Origin: Desulfurococcales archaeon | GTDB lineage: Archaea; Thermoproteota; Thermoprotei_A; Sulfolobales; Desulfurococcaceae | Assembly: GCA_015520735.1 (NCBI GenBank) | Contig: WAPN01000016.1 | Location: 12,785 to 76,784 of the forward strand | Reading direction: 5' to 3' | Length of the DNA: 64,000 nt | In this document: in pieces, positions 1-9,491 of the stretch | Numbering within the stretch: position 1 is the first letter of the stretch | Layout of the letters: each line of letters starts with the position of its first letter | Notes under the pieces: model-generated | The model's database searches: none | What the model saw: the letters and a program-made list of their open reading frames with translations, nothing else | Told to the model about the DNA's origin: nothing | Made by a program: the position numbers and the translations under genes

Positions 1-1
1 A

Positions 2-1102
2 ATAATACCGAGTAATCTCGACCGAATAGAGACGGCGTTAATCGCCGCTATGATAGAGAGCGTTGAAAGAGTAGGCCCTTACAACGCAAAAATACAAGTA
101 GTCGACATTATCGATGTGAGGATGGAGAAGATTAAACGAATAGTCGAACGTGCCAAGGAAATATTGAGAACGTGGTCACGAACTAAATCACCAGACCTCA
201 AAGAGATACTGCTCGAAATACAACAGGCAATGAAGGCACCCGAGCCGATAAAATATGGATCAGAAGGATTGCCTGCAGGACCAGATGTTGAGCGAAGCGA
301 TACGATAATACTCGTGGAAGGACGTGCCGATGTAATCAATCTGCTTAGATACGGTATAACCAACACAATTGCTCTGGGTGGAGCAAGAAAAGTCCCAGAA
401 ACAATATCTAGCCTTGCTAAGAAGAAAAAAGTGATAGCCTTCCTGGATGGAGATCATGGCGGTGACTTAATATTAAAAGAAATACTGCGAAGCATAAAGG
501 TCGATAAAATAGCAAGAGCCCCCACTGGGAAAGAGGTCGAAGAGCTGACTGGGAGAGAAATCAAAGAAGCACTATCAAAGGCTATTCCTACCAAAAAGTA
601 CCTCGAGGATCTTGTAGCTGCTGGAAGTAAGGAGGCGCAATATCTCCTACAAGTACAAGAGCGTCTAAGCAGGCAAGCAGCCCCTCAACCTCCTAAGAAA
701 CATGCTCCGAAACCCCAGTTAGTTGAAGGTACCGCCAAAGAAAAAGAGGAAAAACCCGTTGAAAAAGAAAAGACCGAAGCAAGACAAGTTGTTGAAGAAG
801 TTATCAGTATACCGAAGAACATTAGATCAGACATTAAGTCGCTTCTAGGGACGCTCGAGGCAATACTTTATACTAATGACTGGAAACCAGTCAAAAGAAT
901 ACCTGTTAGAGACTTGGTTAACGTTCTTGACGAATTAGACGAAGGCGCTGTTTATGCTGTAGTATATGATGGTATCGTTACACAGAGACTTGTTGAAAAA
1001 GCAGGTGCTAAGAAAATTAAACTATTGATAGGGGCTAAAATGGGAAAGATCAGTAAAAAACCTCAAGACATAATAATTCTTACATTCAACGACCTATTAT
1101 AA
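2..1102 (+). CDS. dnaG: DNA primase DnaG (archaeal TOPRIM protein), 5'-truncated by the window edge
   Basis: The frame is open from nt 2, with no stop before the tracked Met at 50. TOPRIM signature ILVEGRADVINLLRYGITNTIALGG ... AFLDGDHGGDLI, followed by a Lys/Glu/Pro-rich linker and a C-terminal domain. Confidence 0.85.
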   Translation: MIPSNLDRIETALIAAMIESVERVGPYNAKIQVVDIIDVRMEKIKRIVERAKEILRTWSRTKSPDLKEILLEIQQAMKAPEPIKYGSEGLPAGPDVERSDTIILVEGRADVINLLRYGITNTIALGGARKVPETISSLAKKKKVIAFLDGDHGGDLILKEILRSIKVDKIARAPTGKEVEELTGREIKEALSKAIPTKKYLEDLVAAGSKEAQYLLQVQERLSRQAAPQPPKKHAPKPQLVEGTAKEKEEKPVEKEKTEARQVVEEVISIPKNIRSDIKSLLGTLEAILYTNDWKPVKRIPVRDLVNVLDELDEGAVYAVVYDGIVTQRLVEKAGAKKIKLLIGAKMGKISKKPQDIIILTFNDLL

Positions 1103-1111
1103 CACAATACA

Positions 1112-3520
1112 TTATTTTTTACCGCTGAAAAAATCGAACAGGCTTTTTTGCCCGGCTGTCCGAGCAGCCATTTTCAGCTGTGTTTCGGAGACACCGAAAT
1201 AGCCTAGAACCCTCATTGCTGCAGGAATTATCTGGTGATCAATATAATATCCTGTATCAACAGCCCTGGTATCCTTGACTAGGACATATGGTTCTGCCCG
1301 GCTCGAGATCTTACCGCCGCCCTTAACTATAATGTAGCCCACCTTATCACCAGTCGAAAGCCTTAAACCTAGCTGCACTAGTTTTTTCGCAGCAACAACA
1401 TGTGGTGCATCAACACTGTATTCTTCAAGCTTTTTGGAAAGTGTTTTCCAGATGATGAGTTTGTTGAGAGGCACTCTGCCCTGCTTGAGATCAGCGATTA
1501 TTTTTCTCACGTATTCTATTGCTTTCTCTGTGCTTCTCTCTTTCAACAATATCTCAGTGATCTTCTCCTGCACTTCCTTTGCGATCTCTGCCCAATCCCC
1601 CCTGACTGCTTCAAAGCCAACTATATCGATTCTTCCATCGGTCAATAAGCCCGCATATCTTTTCTTTGCCTCGGTGAAGAATATGCGTTTATAGATCTTG
1701 TCGATCTTAATGTCTAAGCCTAGCTCCTCCTTAATTCTCCTTATTAGTTCTTCGGTTTTCTCCTTGTCATATGTAACAAATAGTGAATCAGTATCCCCAT
1801 ATATTACTTTAAGGCCGAGCGATTCAGCGATTTTAATAGCATTACGTATAGTCTGGCGTCCCCATGCTGTCACGGCTTCTGCGCATTCTTTACAATACCA
1901 TCTTGCCCCGACCCAGCCCATATAGCCATAAGTAGCATTAGCGAGAATTTTAACTGCTTTCTGTCTTTCATTCAATAATCTATACTCATAGCTATCTGGG
2001 GGATACTTCTTCATTTCCTCCTTAATCGATTTCCTAAGCTCTAGAAGTGTTGACAATACCTTTCTAAAGAATCCTTCGGGCTCCTTTCTGAAACAGTGAC
2101 CTACTTCTGGTGCCATGTAATGTTTTTCGGGATCGCATACTTCATTTCTGACTATGGTGTCCGGGCCAACATTATATTTTATCATGATACTGGGATACAT
2201 GCTCGAGAAGTCAAGCACTGCGATGTTCTCATGTATACCTTTTACTGGCTTTAGAACCACTGCGCCACGATAGGACTCGTATGGTCTCTCGATCCTATTA
2301 GGTATTAGCTCATTGTATCTATATGCCTCTCTCATTAGATACCATTCTAGCCTGAATCCGACACTGGCTGTTCCAACTTGGTCTAAAGGTAATCCTGTCA
2401 AGTTTGCTAATTGCATACCGAACGGAACAAATTTCTCCATTAAGCCAAAGGTTGCCTCGACGTCTTCTCTATTGTATCTAAGGAGAAGAGGTCTGAGTTC
2501 TGGATCATCCCAATACTTCGGCATATCTAGATAATCGATTAGTATTCTCTCGCTTTTCTTCATAACACCTAGGTAGTCAGCAACATTTTCTAAGGACTTA
2601 ATCTTTACCTCAGGTATTTCTTCGGCATAATCATATAGATCTACATTCAAACGACCAGGAACGGATATGTGTCCATATGTACTCGTCCTCGGAACTACCC
2701 CTACCCGTCTTGACACATCTAGGCGTAAGCCTATTTTCTTGGTTCTCTCGATCAGGTATGGCCAATCAAAGCCATTACTATTATAACCAACAATTATGTC
2801 GGGATCATATGTTTTAATATAGTTGATAAAACCGTTTATAGCCCCACGATCATCTTTATCATCGGCTAAAAATTGTTTGAATTCATTATCAGTGTCCTTA
2901 ACACCGATTATTATTACAGGATCTTTTTCGGGTTTAGGACTACCGCTTTTCGTATAAACCTCGATATCGAATGCCACATACCTTAGATCTTTAGGCGGTG
3001 TTGTATCGTTGAGCGGCTCTATATTCCCGACTATTTCATATTCCTCGTCAACACGGTATCCCGGTTTCTTGGGGATCTTCCTGACCTCGGCCCTGTGCCA
3101 CCCGCAAGGACGGAGATCATTGTCAATTATGTATCTCATACTAAACCTTATGTCAGCTTCAACAACATCCCTAATATCCTTTATCTTCCTAATCTTTTCT
3201 CTATACCTTCTAACATTCTCCGGGATCATAGTAGTTATTCTGAGAGCCCGCACAGGCTTTCCAAAATATTTCTTTTCCGTAAGGGAGATATCTATTATTG
3301 GTGAACGTGAGTCTGATAAGGATTTTACTTCTCGAATAATTCGTTCTACATCCACGCCCTCCTCGAGGATCACATAGAAGTATGGTCTAAACCTCTTATC
3401 TCGTAGTAGAATCCTTTTTCCATCCCGAGTTATCCCCCATATGATTATGTGGGGTTCCGCACCAACAACCTCGTAGGTATTGTCGAGGAAATAGAACTCT
3501 ATAATCATGTAAACACCCAT
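1112..3520 (-). CDS. polB: Family B DNA polymerase (first of two paralogues; Thermococcus/PolB3-like layout)
   Basis: Exonuclease motifs FDIEV, YNSNGFDWPYL and YNREDVEAT. Polymerase motifs DFSSMYPSIM (A), KILANATYGY (B) and YGDTDSLF (C). At 802 aa there is no intein-sized insertion. The true start may be the MIIEFYFLD Met at 3508. Confidence 0.9.
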   Translation of the reverse strand: MGVYMIIEFYFLDNTYEVVGAEPHIIIWGITRDGKRILLRDKRFRPYFYVILEEGVDVERIIREVKSLSDSRSPIIDISLTEKKYFGKPVRALRITTMIPENVRRYREKIRKIKDIRDVVEADIRFSMRYIIDNDLRPCGWHRAEVRKIPKKPGYRVDEEYEIVGNIEPLNDTTPPKDLRYVAFDIEVYTKSGSPKPEKDPVIIIGVKDTDNEFKQFLADDKDDRGAINGFINYIKTYDPDIIVGYNSNGFDWPYLIERTKKIGLRLDVSRRVGVVPRTSTYGHISVPGRLNVDLYDYAEEIPEVKIKSLENVADYLGVMKKSERILIDYLDMPKYWDDPELRPLLLRYNREDVEATFGLMEKFVPFGMQLANLTGLPLDQVGTASVGFRLEWYLMREAYRYNELIPNRIERPYESYRGAVVLKPVKGIHENIAVLDFSSMYPSIMIKYNVGPDTIVRNEVCDPEKHYMAPEVGHCFRKEPEGFFRKVLSTLLELRKSIKEEMKKYPPDSYEYRLLNERQKAVKILANATYGYMGWVGARWYCKECAEAVTAWGRQTIRNAIKIAESLGLKVIYGDTDSLFVTYDKEKTEELIRRIKEELGLDIKIDKIYKRIFFTEAKKRYAGLLTDGRIDIVGFEAVRGDWAEIAKEVQEKITEILLKERSTEKAIEYVRKIIADLKQGRVPLNKLIIWKTLSKKLEEYSVDAPHVVAAKKLVQLGLRLSTGDKVGYIIVKGGGKISSRAEPYVLVKDTRAVDTGYYIDHQIIPAAMRVLGYFGVSETQLKMAARTAGQKSLFDFFSGKK

Positions 3521-3566
3521 AATTCATCTATATTAATAGAGTTAGATAACTATTAATTCCACGTGA

Positions 3567-4631
3567 GTGAGGGCTTTGAAGATATTAGAGAAAGATCTAA
3601 GGAAAGGAATGGTCAAGCTAGTACCCGAGGATCAAGATGATATATGGTTACTCTACAACATAATAATGCCAGACGATCATGTCACAGCGCAGACTACTAG
3701 AGACGTAAAAGTCGAGGGGGGTAGCAGTCGACGTATACCAATGACTCTGACTATAAGGGTGAAAGCACTAGAGTTCCAGCCTTTTACTGATAGACTAAGA
3801 ATACGCGGAATAGTCGTTGACGGCCCAGAAAGGTTCGGTGTTAAGGGGCGTTATCACACAATAAATGTTGAGCCAGGAAAACCTATAATAATCCGGAAGG
3901 AACACTGGTCTGCACATATTTTGAAAAGGCTTGAGAAAGCCTTAGAGAGAAGGCCTAGGATCCTTCTAGTAGCCATCGATTATGATGATGTTGCCATAGC
4001 TCTCATGTCCGAGCAAGGCGTTAAGACTTTATATGAGGAGGTATTGAGTCTTCCCGGTAAGAACGAGCCAGTTGATTTCGACAAGATGCTTGACAGGTTC
4101 TTATACAAGATCGGTAAGATTATTGCGGACTATGTCTCTAGATATGGTGCTCGCTCTGTCATAATAGGTAGTCCAAGTATGCTAAGACAGAGGCTGGCAT
4201 CAATTATTAGGGAAAAAATTGGAAGCACAATTGTGATCAGTGATAATGTATCTATAGGTGGTAGACCGGGCATTAAGGAACTGATGCATAGGGATAGTGT
4301 CAAGAAAGCGTTGAAAGAAGTTAGCCTCATGAGGGCACAAGAGGTCTTGGCTGAATTTAGAAAGTTATTGATGACTAATGATAAGATGATTGCCTATGGT
4401 ATTGACGATGTTGAACGTGCCGTTATGTTAAACGCTGTCGATAAAATAGTTGTTTCAGAGGAGCTATTACGGACTTACGATGAGCATGAGCGGAGACGTA
4501 TAGATAAAATCCTAGAAGAAGCCTATGGGAGGAGGGCTGAAATAATCGTTGTTCCAAGGGAATCGCCTATCTACTATGAGCTTGAAGGCCTTGGAGGTAT
4601 TATTGCAATATTAAGGTTTCCGATTAGTTAA
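3567..4631 (+). CDS. pelA: Pelota/Dom34 mRNA surveillance (ribosome rescue) protein
   Basis: The N-terminus MRALKILEKDLRKGMVKLVPEDQDDIWLLYNII is typical of Pelota. Length is 354 aa with an eRF1-like domain order. GTG start. Confidence 0.85.
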   Translation: MRALKILEKDLRKGMVKLVPEDQDDIWLLYNIIMPDDHVTAQTTRDVKVEGGSSRRIPMTLTIRVKALEFQPFTDRLRIRGIVVDGPERFGVKGRYHTINVEPGKPIIIRKEHWSAHILKRLEKALERRPRILLVAIDYDDVAIALMSEQGVKTLYEEVLSLPGKNEPVDFDKMLDRFLYKIGKIIADYVSRYGARSVIIGSPSMLRQRLASIIREKIGSTIVISDNVSIGGRPGIKELMHRDSVKKALKEVSLMRAQEVLAEFRKLLMTNDKMIAYGIDDVERAVMLNAVDKIVVSEELLRTYDEHERRRIDKILEEAYGRRAEIIVVPRESPIYYELEGLGGIIAILRFPIS

Positions 4632-4632
4632 T

Positions 4633-5370
4633 TTAGATTAATCCGCTCCCGTAGAGTTTTCTACGGATATGTGGATACTGTTTGGCTATCTTGTTAAGCG
4701 CCTCTTCGAAGCCCTCGTCTTTACCCAGATAATATTTTATGAAGACACCAGTCCTACCTATCTTGTCTCTCCTGCTAAGCACGTAAACACGTTCTAGCAC
4801 AGTCTCAACACTTATACCTATTTTTTTGGCAACAACATTCTCATTACCTATGACAGGTGATTCTCGATGCCCTCTATTAGTAGGCTCAATAAACACCAGC
4901 CTTTTATCTACGCCAGGCACTCTCTTATTCTCGATAAGACCCTTAAGATCTAGGAGTCCGCCGAAAATATAGAACTCGTACTCTCTAGGGCTCAGTTTAG
5001 CTAATGGAAAGCTGATCATGATCCTGTCGTTAGGGTCTAGCGCAATATAAGCTTTAGGTGTGCTAGATGGGGTTGCTACCACTATGTATCTGTTCACAGG
5101 TTGTAGCCCCATAGATTCTATTGCTAATTCTACCTTGTAGCTAGGCAGAGTATATGGTATGAATACATCGATGTCACTTTTACTATGCACATCACCCCTT
5201 GCAAGACTACCATGAACTATGGCGTTGATTCCATATCGGGTGAGTCCCTTAAGAATATCGATTGCTTTCTTCCTCAGCGTAGCTAGTATCTCCCAGTGCT
5301 TGTCATCGTAGATTACTTCAATATATTCTGGTGTTTTCTTTATTTTTGCTCGAGGCAATTCTCTTCCCAT
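4633..5370 (-). CDS. Nucleotidyltransferase-domain protein (Pol-beta superfamily), function unknown
   Basis: Pol-beta NTase signature HGSLARGDVHSKSDIDVFI (GS...D.D). The C-terminal ~130 aa carry no motif I recognise. Confidence 0.6.
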   Translation of the reverse strand: MGRELPRAKIKKTPEYIEVIYDDKHWEILATLRKKAIDILKGLTRYGINAIVHGSLARGDVHSKSDIDVFIPYTLPSYKVELAIESMGLQPVNRYIVVATPSSTPKAYIALDPNDRIMISFPLAKLSPREYEFYIFGGLLDLKGLIENKRVPGVDKRLVFIEPTNRGHRESPVIGNENVVAKKIGISVETVLERVYVLSRRDKIGRTGVFIKYYLGKDEGFEEALNKIAKQYPHIRRKLYGSGLI

Positions 5371-5426
5371 CTATTAATTAATGTGCTTCCTGCTTAGTAG
5401 ATTAAAGTTGATAGATAGGTATTTGG

Positions 5427-6509
5427 GTGCGTGGTATGGATATTGGTAATATCTATAACTTCGTGTTGTCTCTCATTAGTTTTTGGGCTTTAGTAAATAC
5501 CATCTATATTTCTAGGAAAGAATGGTTTGTTTCAAGAGGGATAAAACTATACTATGGAGTTGTGCTTATTTACAAGAAACCATACGATGTTAAGCCATCA
5601 CCTCTTATCAGTAAGGCATCATATATATCCATACCACTAGCATTGATCGGTATATACATGTTTTATTCAGCAATGATAATGTCGCTAATCTCCAAACTGG
5701 GTATGCTAAAAACAGGGGTTACGGTACAGCTATTGATACCTGGAATAAACATTACAGGAGTTTTTCTCCTATACTTCACAATCGCAGTTGTTATAGCGGC
5801 GGCAGTTCACGAGTTCGCACACGCCTATGTTGCCAGAAGTCATGGTATTCCTGTTAAGGGATTAGGATTCGCCATAATATTATTTGTACCGATAGCGTTT
5901 ACCGAGATAGACGAAGAAAGTTTTCCTAGAGCCTCGAAAAAAGCGCGGATACTCACCTTGTCGGCGGGGCCCGCAAGCAATATAGCATTGGCACTTCTCT
6001 TCATGGTTTTGCTTATCCCCTTGGTTTCATCCTATGGTTATATTATAACTAATGTTGTAGAGAATAGTCTTGCCGAACACATAGGATTGAAGCCTGGATA
6101 CATTATCCTAAGAATTAATGGGACTCAAGCAACACTCCAGGCTTTGCACTCGTATTTAGGTCTTAATAGAACGACACGTCTTATACTGACGGTATATATT
6201 CCACAGAACAATAGTCTAGCTAATATTTCATTTCTAAAACCAGCATCTACGCATCTACTTGGTGTATATCTTCAAGCTTCTCCAAGCCTATGGCTCATCA
6301 AATTAGTGGGCATTAATATGGCAGAATTCATAGTTGGACTAGCACAATGGATATATTTGGTTAACATGAGCTTGGGAATAATCAATATCGCGCCCTTATT
6401 CATTACCGACGGAGGTAGAATAGTGTACGAGATGATAAGGAACAAAATAGTTTCACATGTCATCAACATTCTAACGCTTCTAATACTAGTACTAGCTCTG
6501 GCTCCATGA
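5427..6509 (+). CDS. Site-2 protease family (M50) membrane metalloprotease with PDZ-like insert
   Basis: HExxH in a TM segment (HEFAHAYVARSHG) plus the second metal-ligand motif NIAPLFITDGGRI. Several hydrophobic helices. PDZ-like stretch GLKPGYIILRINGT. Confidence 0.75.
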   Translation: MRGMDIGNIYNFVLSLISFWALVNTIYISRKEWFVSRGIKLYYGVVLIYKKPYDVKPSPLISKASYISIPLALIGIYMFYSAMIMSLISKLGMLKTGVTVQLLIPGINITGVFLLYFTIAVVIAAAVHEFAHAYVARSHGIPVKGLGFAIILFVPIAFTEIDEESFPRASKKARILTLSAGPASNIALALLFMVLLIPLVSSYGYIITNVVENSLAEHIGLKPGYIILRINGTQATLQALHSYLGLNRTTRLILTVYIPQNNSLANISFLKPASTHLLGVYLQASPSLWLIKLVGINMAEFIVGLAQWIYLVNMSLGIINIAPLFITDGGRIVYEMIRNKIVSHVINILTLLILVLALAP

Positions 6510-6514
6510 AATTC

Positions 6515-6523
6515 TTTATAAAA
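6515..6523 (+). promoter_or_regulatory. TATA box candidate for the SRP RNA gene
   Basis: TTTATAAAA lies roughly 25-30 nt upstream of the first base of the terminal SRP RNA helix (6547), the usual archaeal TATA-to-TSS spacing. Confidence 0.45.
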
Positions 6524-6546
6524 TCCCATAACCCATATCTCTAAAT

Positions 6547-6842
6547 GCCCGCGGGCCGTAGGTAGGGCTTCCAAATAGGAAGCCAGAGAACCCTGTGTCT
6601 GTACACCGCGCCCGTTAACCCCCCGCCCAGCAATGAACCCCGCCCCGTGGGGCTGACGGTGGCGGAGCCCCCTCCGGAGGGAGGGGGTCAACCGCCTTAG
6701 CCGGGGGAACCTGGCCAGGCCCGGAAGGGAGCAACCTAACCCCGGCCGTCAGCGTTCACGGGTCACCGGGGTTGAGTGTGGGCGTGGAAGGGCTCTGACG
6801 GGAGGGCGGTGTACGGGCACAGTGGGGCTACGGCCCGCGGGC
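6547..6842 (+). ncRNA. Signal recognition particle RNA (archaeal 7S/SRP RNA)
   Basis: A ~296-nt strongly GC-rich island in AT-rich DNA. Universal helix-8 motif CCAGGCCCGGAAGGGAGCAAC at 6715-6735. The termini GCCCGCGGGCCGTAG (6547-6561) and CTACGGCCCGCGGGC (6828-6842) are perfectly complementary. Confidence 0.85.
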
Positions 6843-6862
6843 TATTATGCACCTATCGGTGT

Positions 6863-8005
6863 ATGATCATGTATGACGATCCTGTAGAAGTGCTCAAAAC
6901 ATTAATCAGTATTAAAAGTTATTCTGGAGAAGAAAGAGAAATAGCGTATGCGATCAGGGATTTTCTCGAGGAGAATGGTGTAGATAAGGCATTCATAGAT
7001 AGCTATGGTAATGTAATAGGTATTCTTAGGGGAGAAGGTAATGGAAAGATCGTTTTTGAAGGGCATATGGATGTTGTCCCACCAGGTGATCTGGAGCAAT
7101 GGAGATATCCGCCCTTTGAACCTAAGATCGTTGATGGTAGAATTTATGGACGTGGAGCGTCCGATATGAAAGGAGCAATCGCTGCTATGATCAGTAGTAT
7201 TACACTGATCAATAAACCCTCAGCTGACATCTACTATATCTTTGTGCCTTATGAAGAGATCGCCGAGGGAGTTTGTTTCTCCAAAGCAATTGAGGAAACA
7301 CTTAGGATAACTCCGGGCTTGGTGGTACTAGGTGAAGCAACAAGATTAAACGTCTACAGAGGACACCGAGGGAGAGCTGTTATCAAAATAACTGTTAGGG
7401 GTATATCCGCACATGCATCTATGCCTGAATTAGCCCTTAACCCGATAAAATCTTTGGCCGATATAATTACGAGGCTTAACTCGACAAAATTCCCCGTTCA
7501 CAATATGTTAGGAAGGTCTACCTTATCGCCTACGATCATTAAATGCGAGCCCCAATCACCTCCTATGATACCGGATCGTTGTGAAATGATAGTCGATTAC
7601 CGTATGGTACCGTCTGAAAGCAAGGAGGAAACTATCTCCAGGATCAAGAACGTAGTCCAGCAGGTCGAGGGTACAATAGATGTACAGTACCTAATAGACA
7701 AAGCGAAAATGTGGACAGGAAAAATAATCACTATAGAACACTATTTCCCAGCCTGGATATACCAGGGTGAACTAAGCCTACATATTCTTAGTCTTACCAA
7801 AAAGTACAATAGCAAGGCAACACTTGGATATTGGAGGTTCAGCACGGACGGTGTGTACTCAGCAGGAATAAGGAATATACCAACTATAGGAATCGGTCCC
7901 GGAAACGAGGAACTGGCCCATAAACCAAACGAATATGTATCGATCAAAGAATTAGAAGCTTCATGCAAGATCTATGCAGAATTAGCACTTCATCTATTCC
8001 ATTAA
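6863..8005 (+). CDS. M20-family metallohydrolase (ArgE/DapE/LysK-like deacylase)
   Basis: GHMDVVPPGD...W..PPF and GRGASDMKG motifs of peptidase family M20. I moved the start from the tracked 6776 to ATG 6863 (or 6869) because 6776-6842 lies inside the SRP RNA. Confidence 0.75.
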   Translation: MIMYDDPVEVLKTLISIKSYSGEEREIAYAIRDFLEENGVDKAFIDSYGNVIGILRGEGNGKIVFEGHMDVVPPGDLEQWRYPPFEPKIVDGRIYGRGASDMKGAIAAMISSITLINKPSADIYYIFVPYEEIAEGVCFSKAIEETLRITPGLVVLGEATRLNVYRGHRGRAVIKITVRGISAHASMPELALNPIKSLADIITRLNSTKFPVHNMLGRSTLSPTIIKCEPQSPPMIPDRCEMIVDYRMVPSESKEETISRIKNVVQQVEGTIDVQYLIDKAKMWTGKIITIEHYFPAWIYQGELSLHILSLTKKYNSKATLGYWRFSTDGVYSAGIRNIPTIGIGPGNEELAHKPNEYVSIKELEASCKIYAELALHLFH

Positions 8006-8026
8006 GACTAGGAAAATTAGGGGAAG

Positions 8027-8133
8027 CGCCGGGGGCGGGATTTGAACCCGCGCGGGGAACCCCCCACCGGCTCTCCACACACCATGCCGATGGCTTAGCA
8101 GGCCGGCGCCCTACCAGGCTAGGCGACCCCGGC
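8027..8133 (-). tRNA. tRNA-Ser(GCU) with a 23-nt intron after position 37; CCA not encoded
   Basis: Hand fold: acceptor GCCGGGG/CCCCGGC, anticodon arm CCGGC-CUGCUAA-GCCGG once AGCCAUCGGCAUGGUGUGUGGAG is removed, 15-nt variable arm, T arm GCGGG-UUCAAAU-CCCGC. 84 nt mature plus 23 nt intron gives 107 nt. Confidence 0.85.
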
Positions 8134-8140
8134 TCCTCAA

Positions 8141-9397
8141 TCATACCTTTTCCGCACTAATTGGCTTATAACTTTTCTTCGGATATAAGTATAGGATTTC
8201 TGATGCAATTACCAAGAATATGATTATCTGTATCATGTTTCTAACCTGTACCATCCACTGCACAGGCGAATTAAGGCTCCAAGGGTTAAATACTAATCCT
8301 AGATTTAGGAAAGACATAATCTTCCTCAAATACAGGTCGTGAAACCATAAAAGAATAATGGATGCATTAAGAGCGTCAGATAATAAGATGAGGATTTTCA
8401 CCCTAAGCTCTCTCGCCACGAGTAAAAGACTTGAAGCAACAATTAAGCCATATTGTGGTAGGTAAGAGATGCTAAATAAGATAGAAGACGTGATAACCAG
8501 CAATACTTTAGCGCCTAGATCTCCTAATCCTCTACAATATAAAGATTTCACGTTTAATCCAAGTATAAGGAAAACAAGAATCATTGTTACGATGTAAGAG
8601 AGAGGCATAATGTAATCCGGGCTTATTTTCGAAGTAAGGATTAGGAATGAACAGTTTAGGCATGATGCAGGGAAATATTTATCTAGGAATAATGTTAGGG
8701 ATTTATCGTTAAGAAATAGTGACGTATACGACAATAAAGGAACAAAAACGCCGCCGATAAAACGCCTCATCTGATCCCTTCTTTCATAATAAATGCTGTA
8801 AATGAGCAATGGCATCAATACAGCTGAGTATGGATTCGTAGCGATCATAAGGCCTAGCACTAGTCCTGATATAAAATGGTACTTCTTACTAAGAGAATAG
8901 ATGAGAAGTATTAAGAGCGCTAGCCAGAGCATTGCCCAGCTGTATATAACATATATCAGTAGCGATGGCATAATAAATGGGGGTATCTTTGATTTAGTAT
9001 CAACGATTCTATCGACGAAGTAAAAATAGATCAGTAAAAAGATAAGACTGAAAAATGAATACATTACATAGAATATACTATATATGAGCTCCAGAGATAA
9101 ATGAATATGAGCCATCAAGAAGCAAAAATATGTAAGTCTAGTAAGAATAAGCCATAGAAATCCTATAAGGGGAGGATATGCAAACGGGTAATCAAAGTAT
9201 GGGTTTGACATTAAGTATTTCTCAGCGCTTCCGAAGCTAGTTATGGATGATTTGAAATAGGCGAGAAAATCGGTATAGATAGGATGAAAAAGCTCGTTAC
9301 AAAATATGCTTTTCTGCAATATTAAAGGCATATGAACAACAAAATTAATAATCCAGATCATCAACGATATAAGTAATACCTTATATAGGGTTTTCAA
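8141..9397 (-). CDS. Polytopic integral membrane protein, possibly a GT-C-type glycosyltransferase
   Basis: 418 aa that are almost entirely hydrophobic helices (many predicted TM segments). Divergent partner of the GT39-like gene. I recognised no catalytic motif. Confidence 0.45.
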   Translation of the reverse strand: MKTLYKVLLISLMIWIINFVVHMPLILQKSIFCNELFHPIYTDFLAYFKSSITSFGSAEKYLMSNPYFDYPFAYPPLIGFLWLILTRLTYFCFLMAHIHLSLELIYSIFYVMYSFFSLIFLLIYFYFVDRIVDTKSKIPPFIMPSLLIYVIYSWAMLWLALLILLIYSLSKKYHFISGLVLGLMIATNPYSAVLMPLLIYSIYYERRDQMRRFIGGVFVPLLSYTSLFLNDKSLTLFLDKYFPASCLNCSFLILTSKISPDYIMPLSYIVTMILVFLILGLNVKSLYCRGLGDLGAKVLLVITSSILFSISYLPQYGLIVASSLLLVARELRVKILILLSDALNASIILLWFHDLYLRKIMSFLNLGLVFNPWSLNSPVQWMVQVRNMIQIIIFLVIASEILYLYPKKSYKPISAEKV

Positions 9398-9491
9398 AAG
9401 GTTTTCACCAAATACAGTTTTTCTTTAATTTTATTTTATATGGTTATGATTAATACTTTACAGACAAATTATGTTTTGACGGTAGATTGAC

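Noticed and set aside
6272-6862. A minus-strand 139-aa ORF (6272-6691) and the first 29 codons of the plus-strand ORF starting at 6776.
   Set aside because: Both read through the GC-rich SRP RNA gene. The Gly/Arg/Pro-rich translations are what GC-rich structural RNA gives in any frame.
7944-8160. Two ~65-aa ORFs, one on each strand.
   Set aside because: They are superimposed on tRNA-Ser(GCU). The Gly/Arg/Pro-rich products are artefacts of the GC-rich tRNA.
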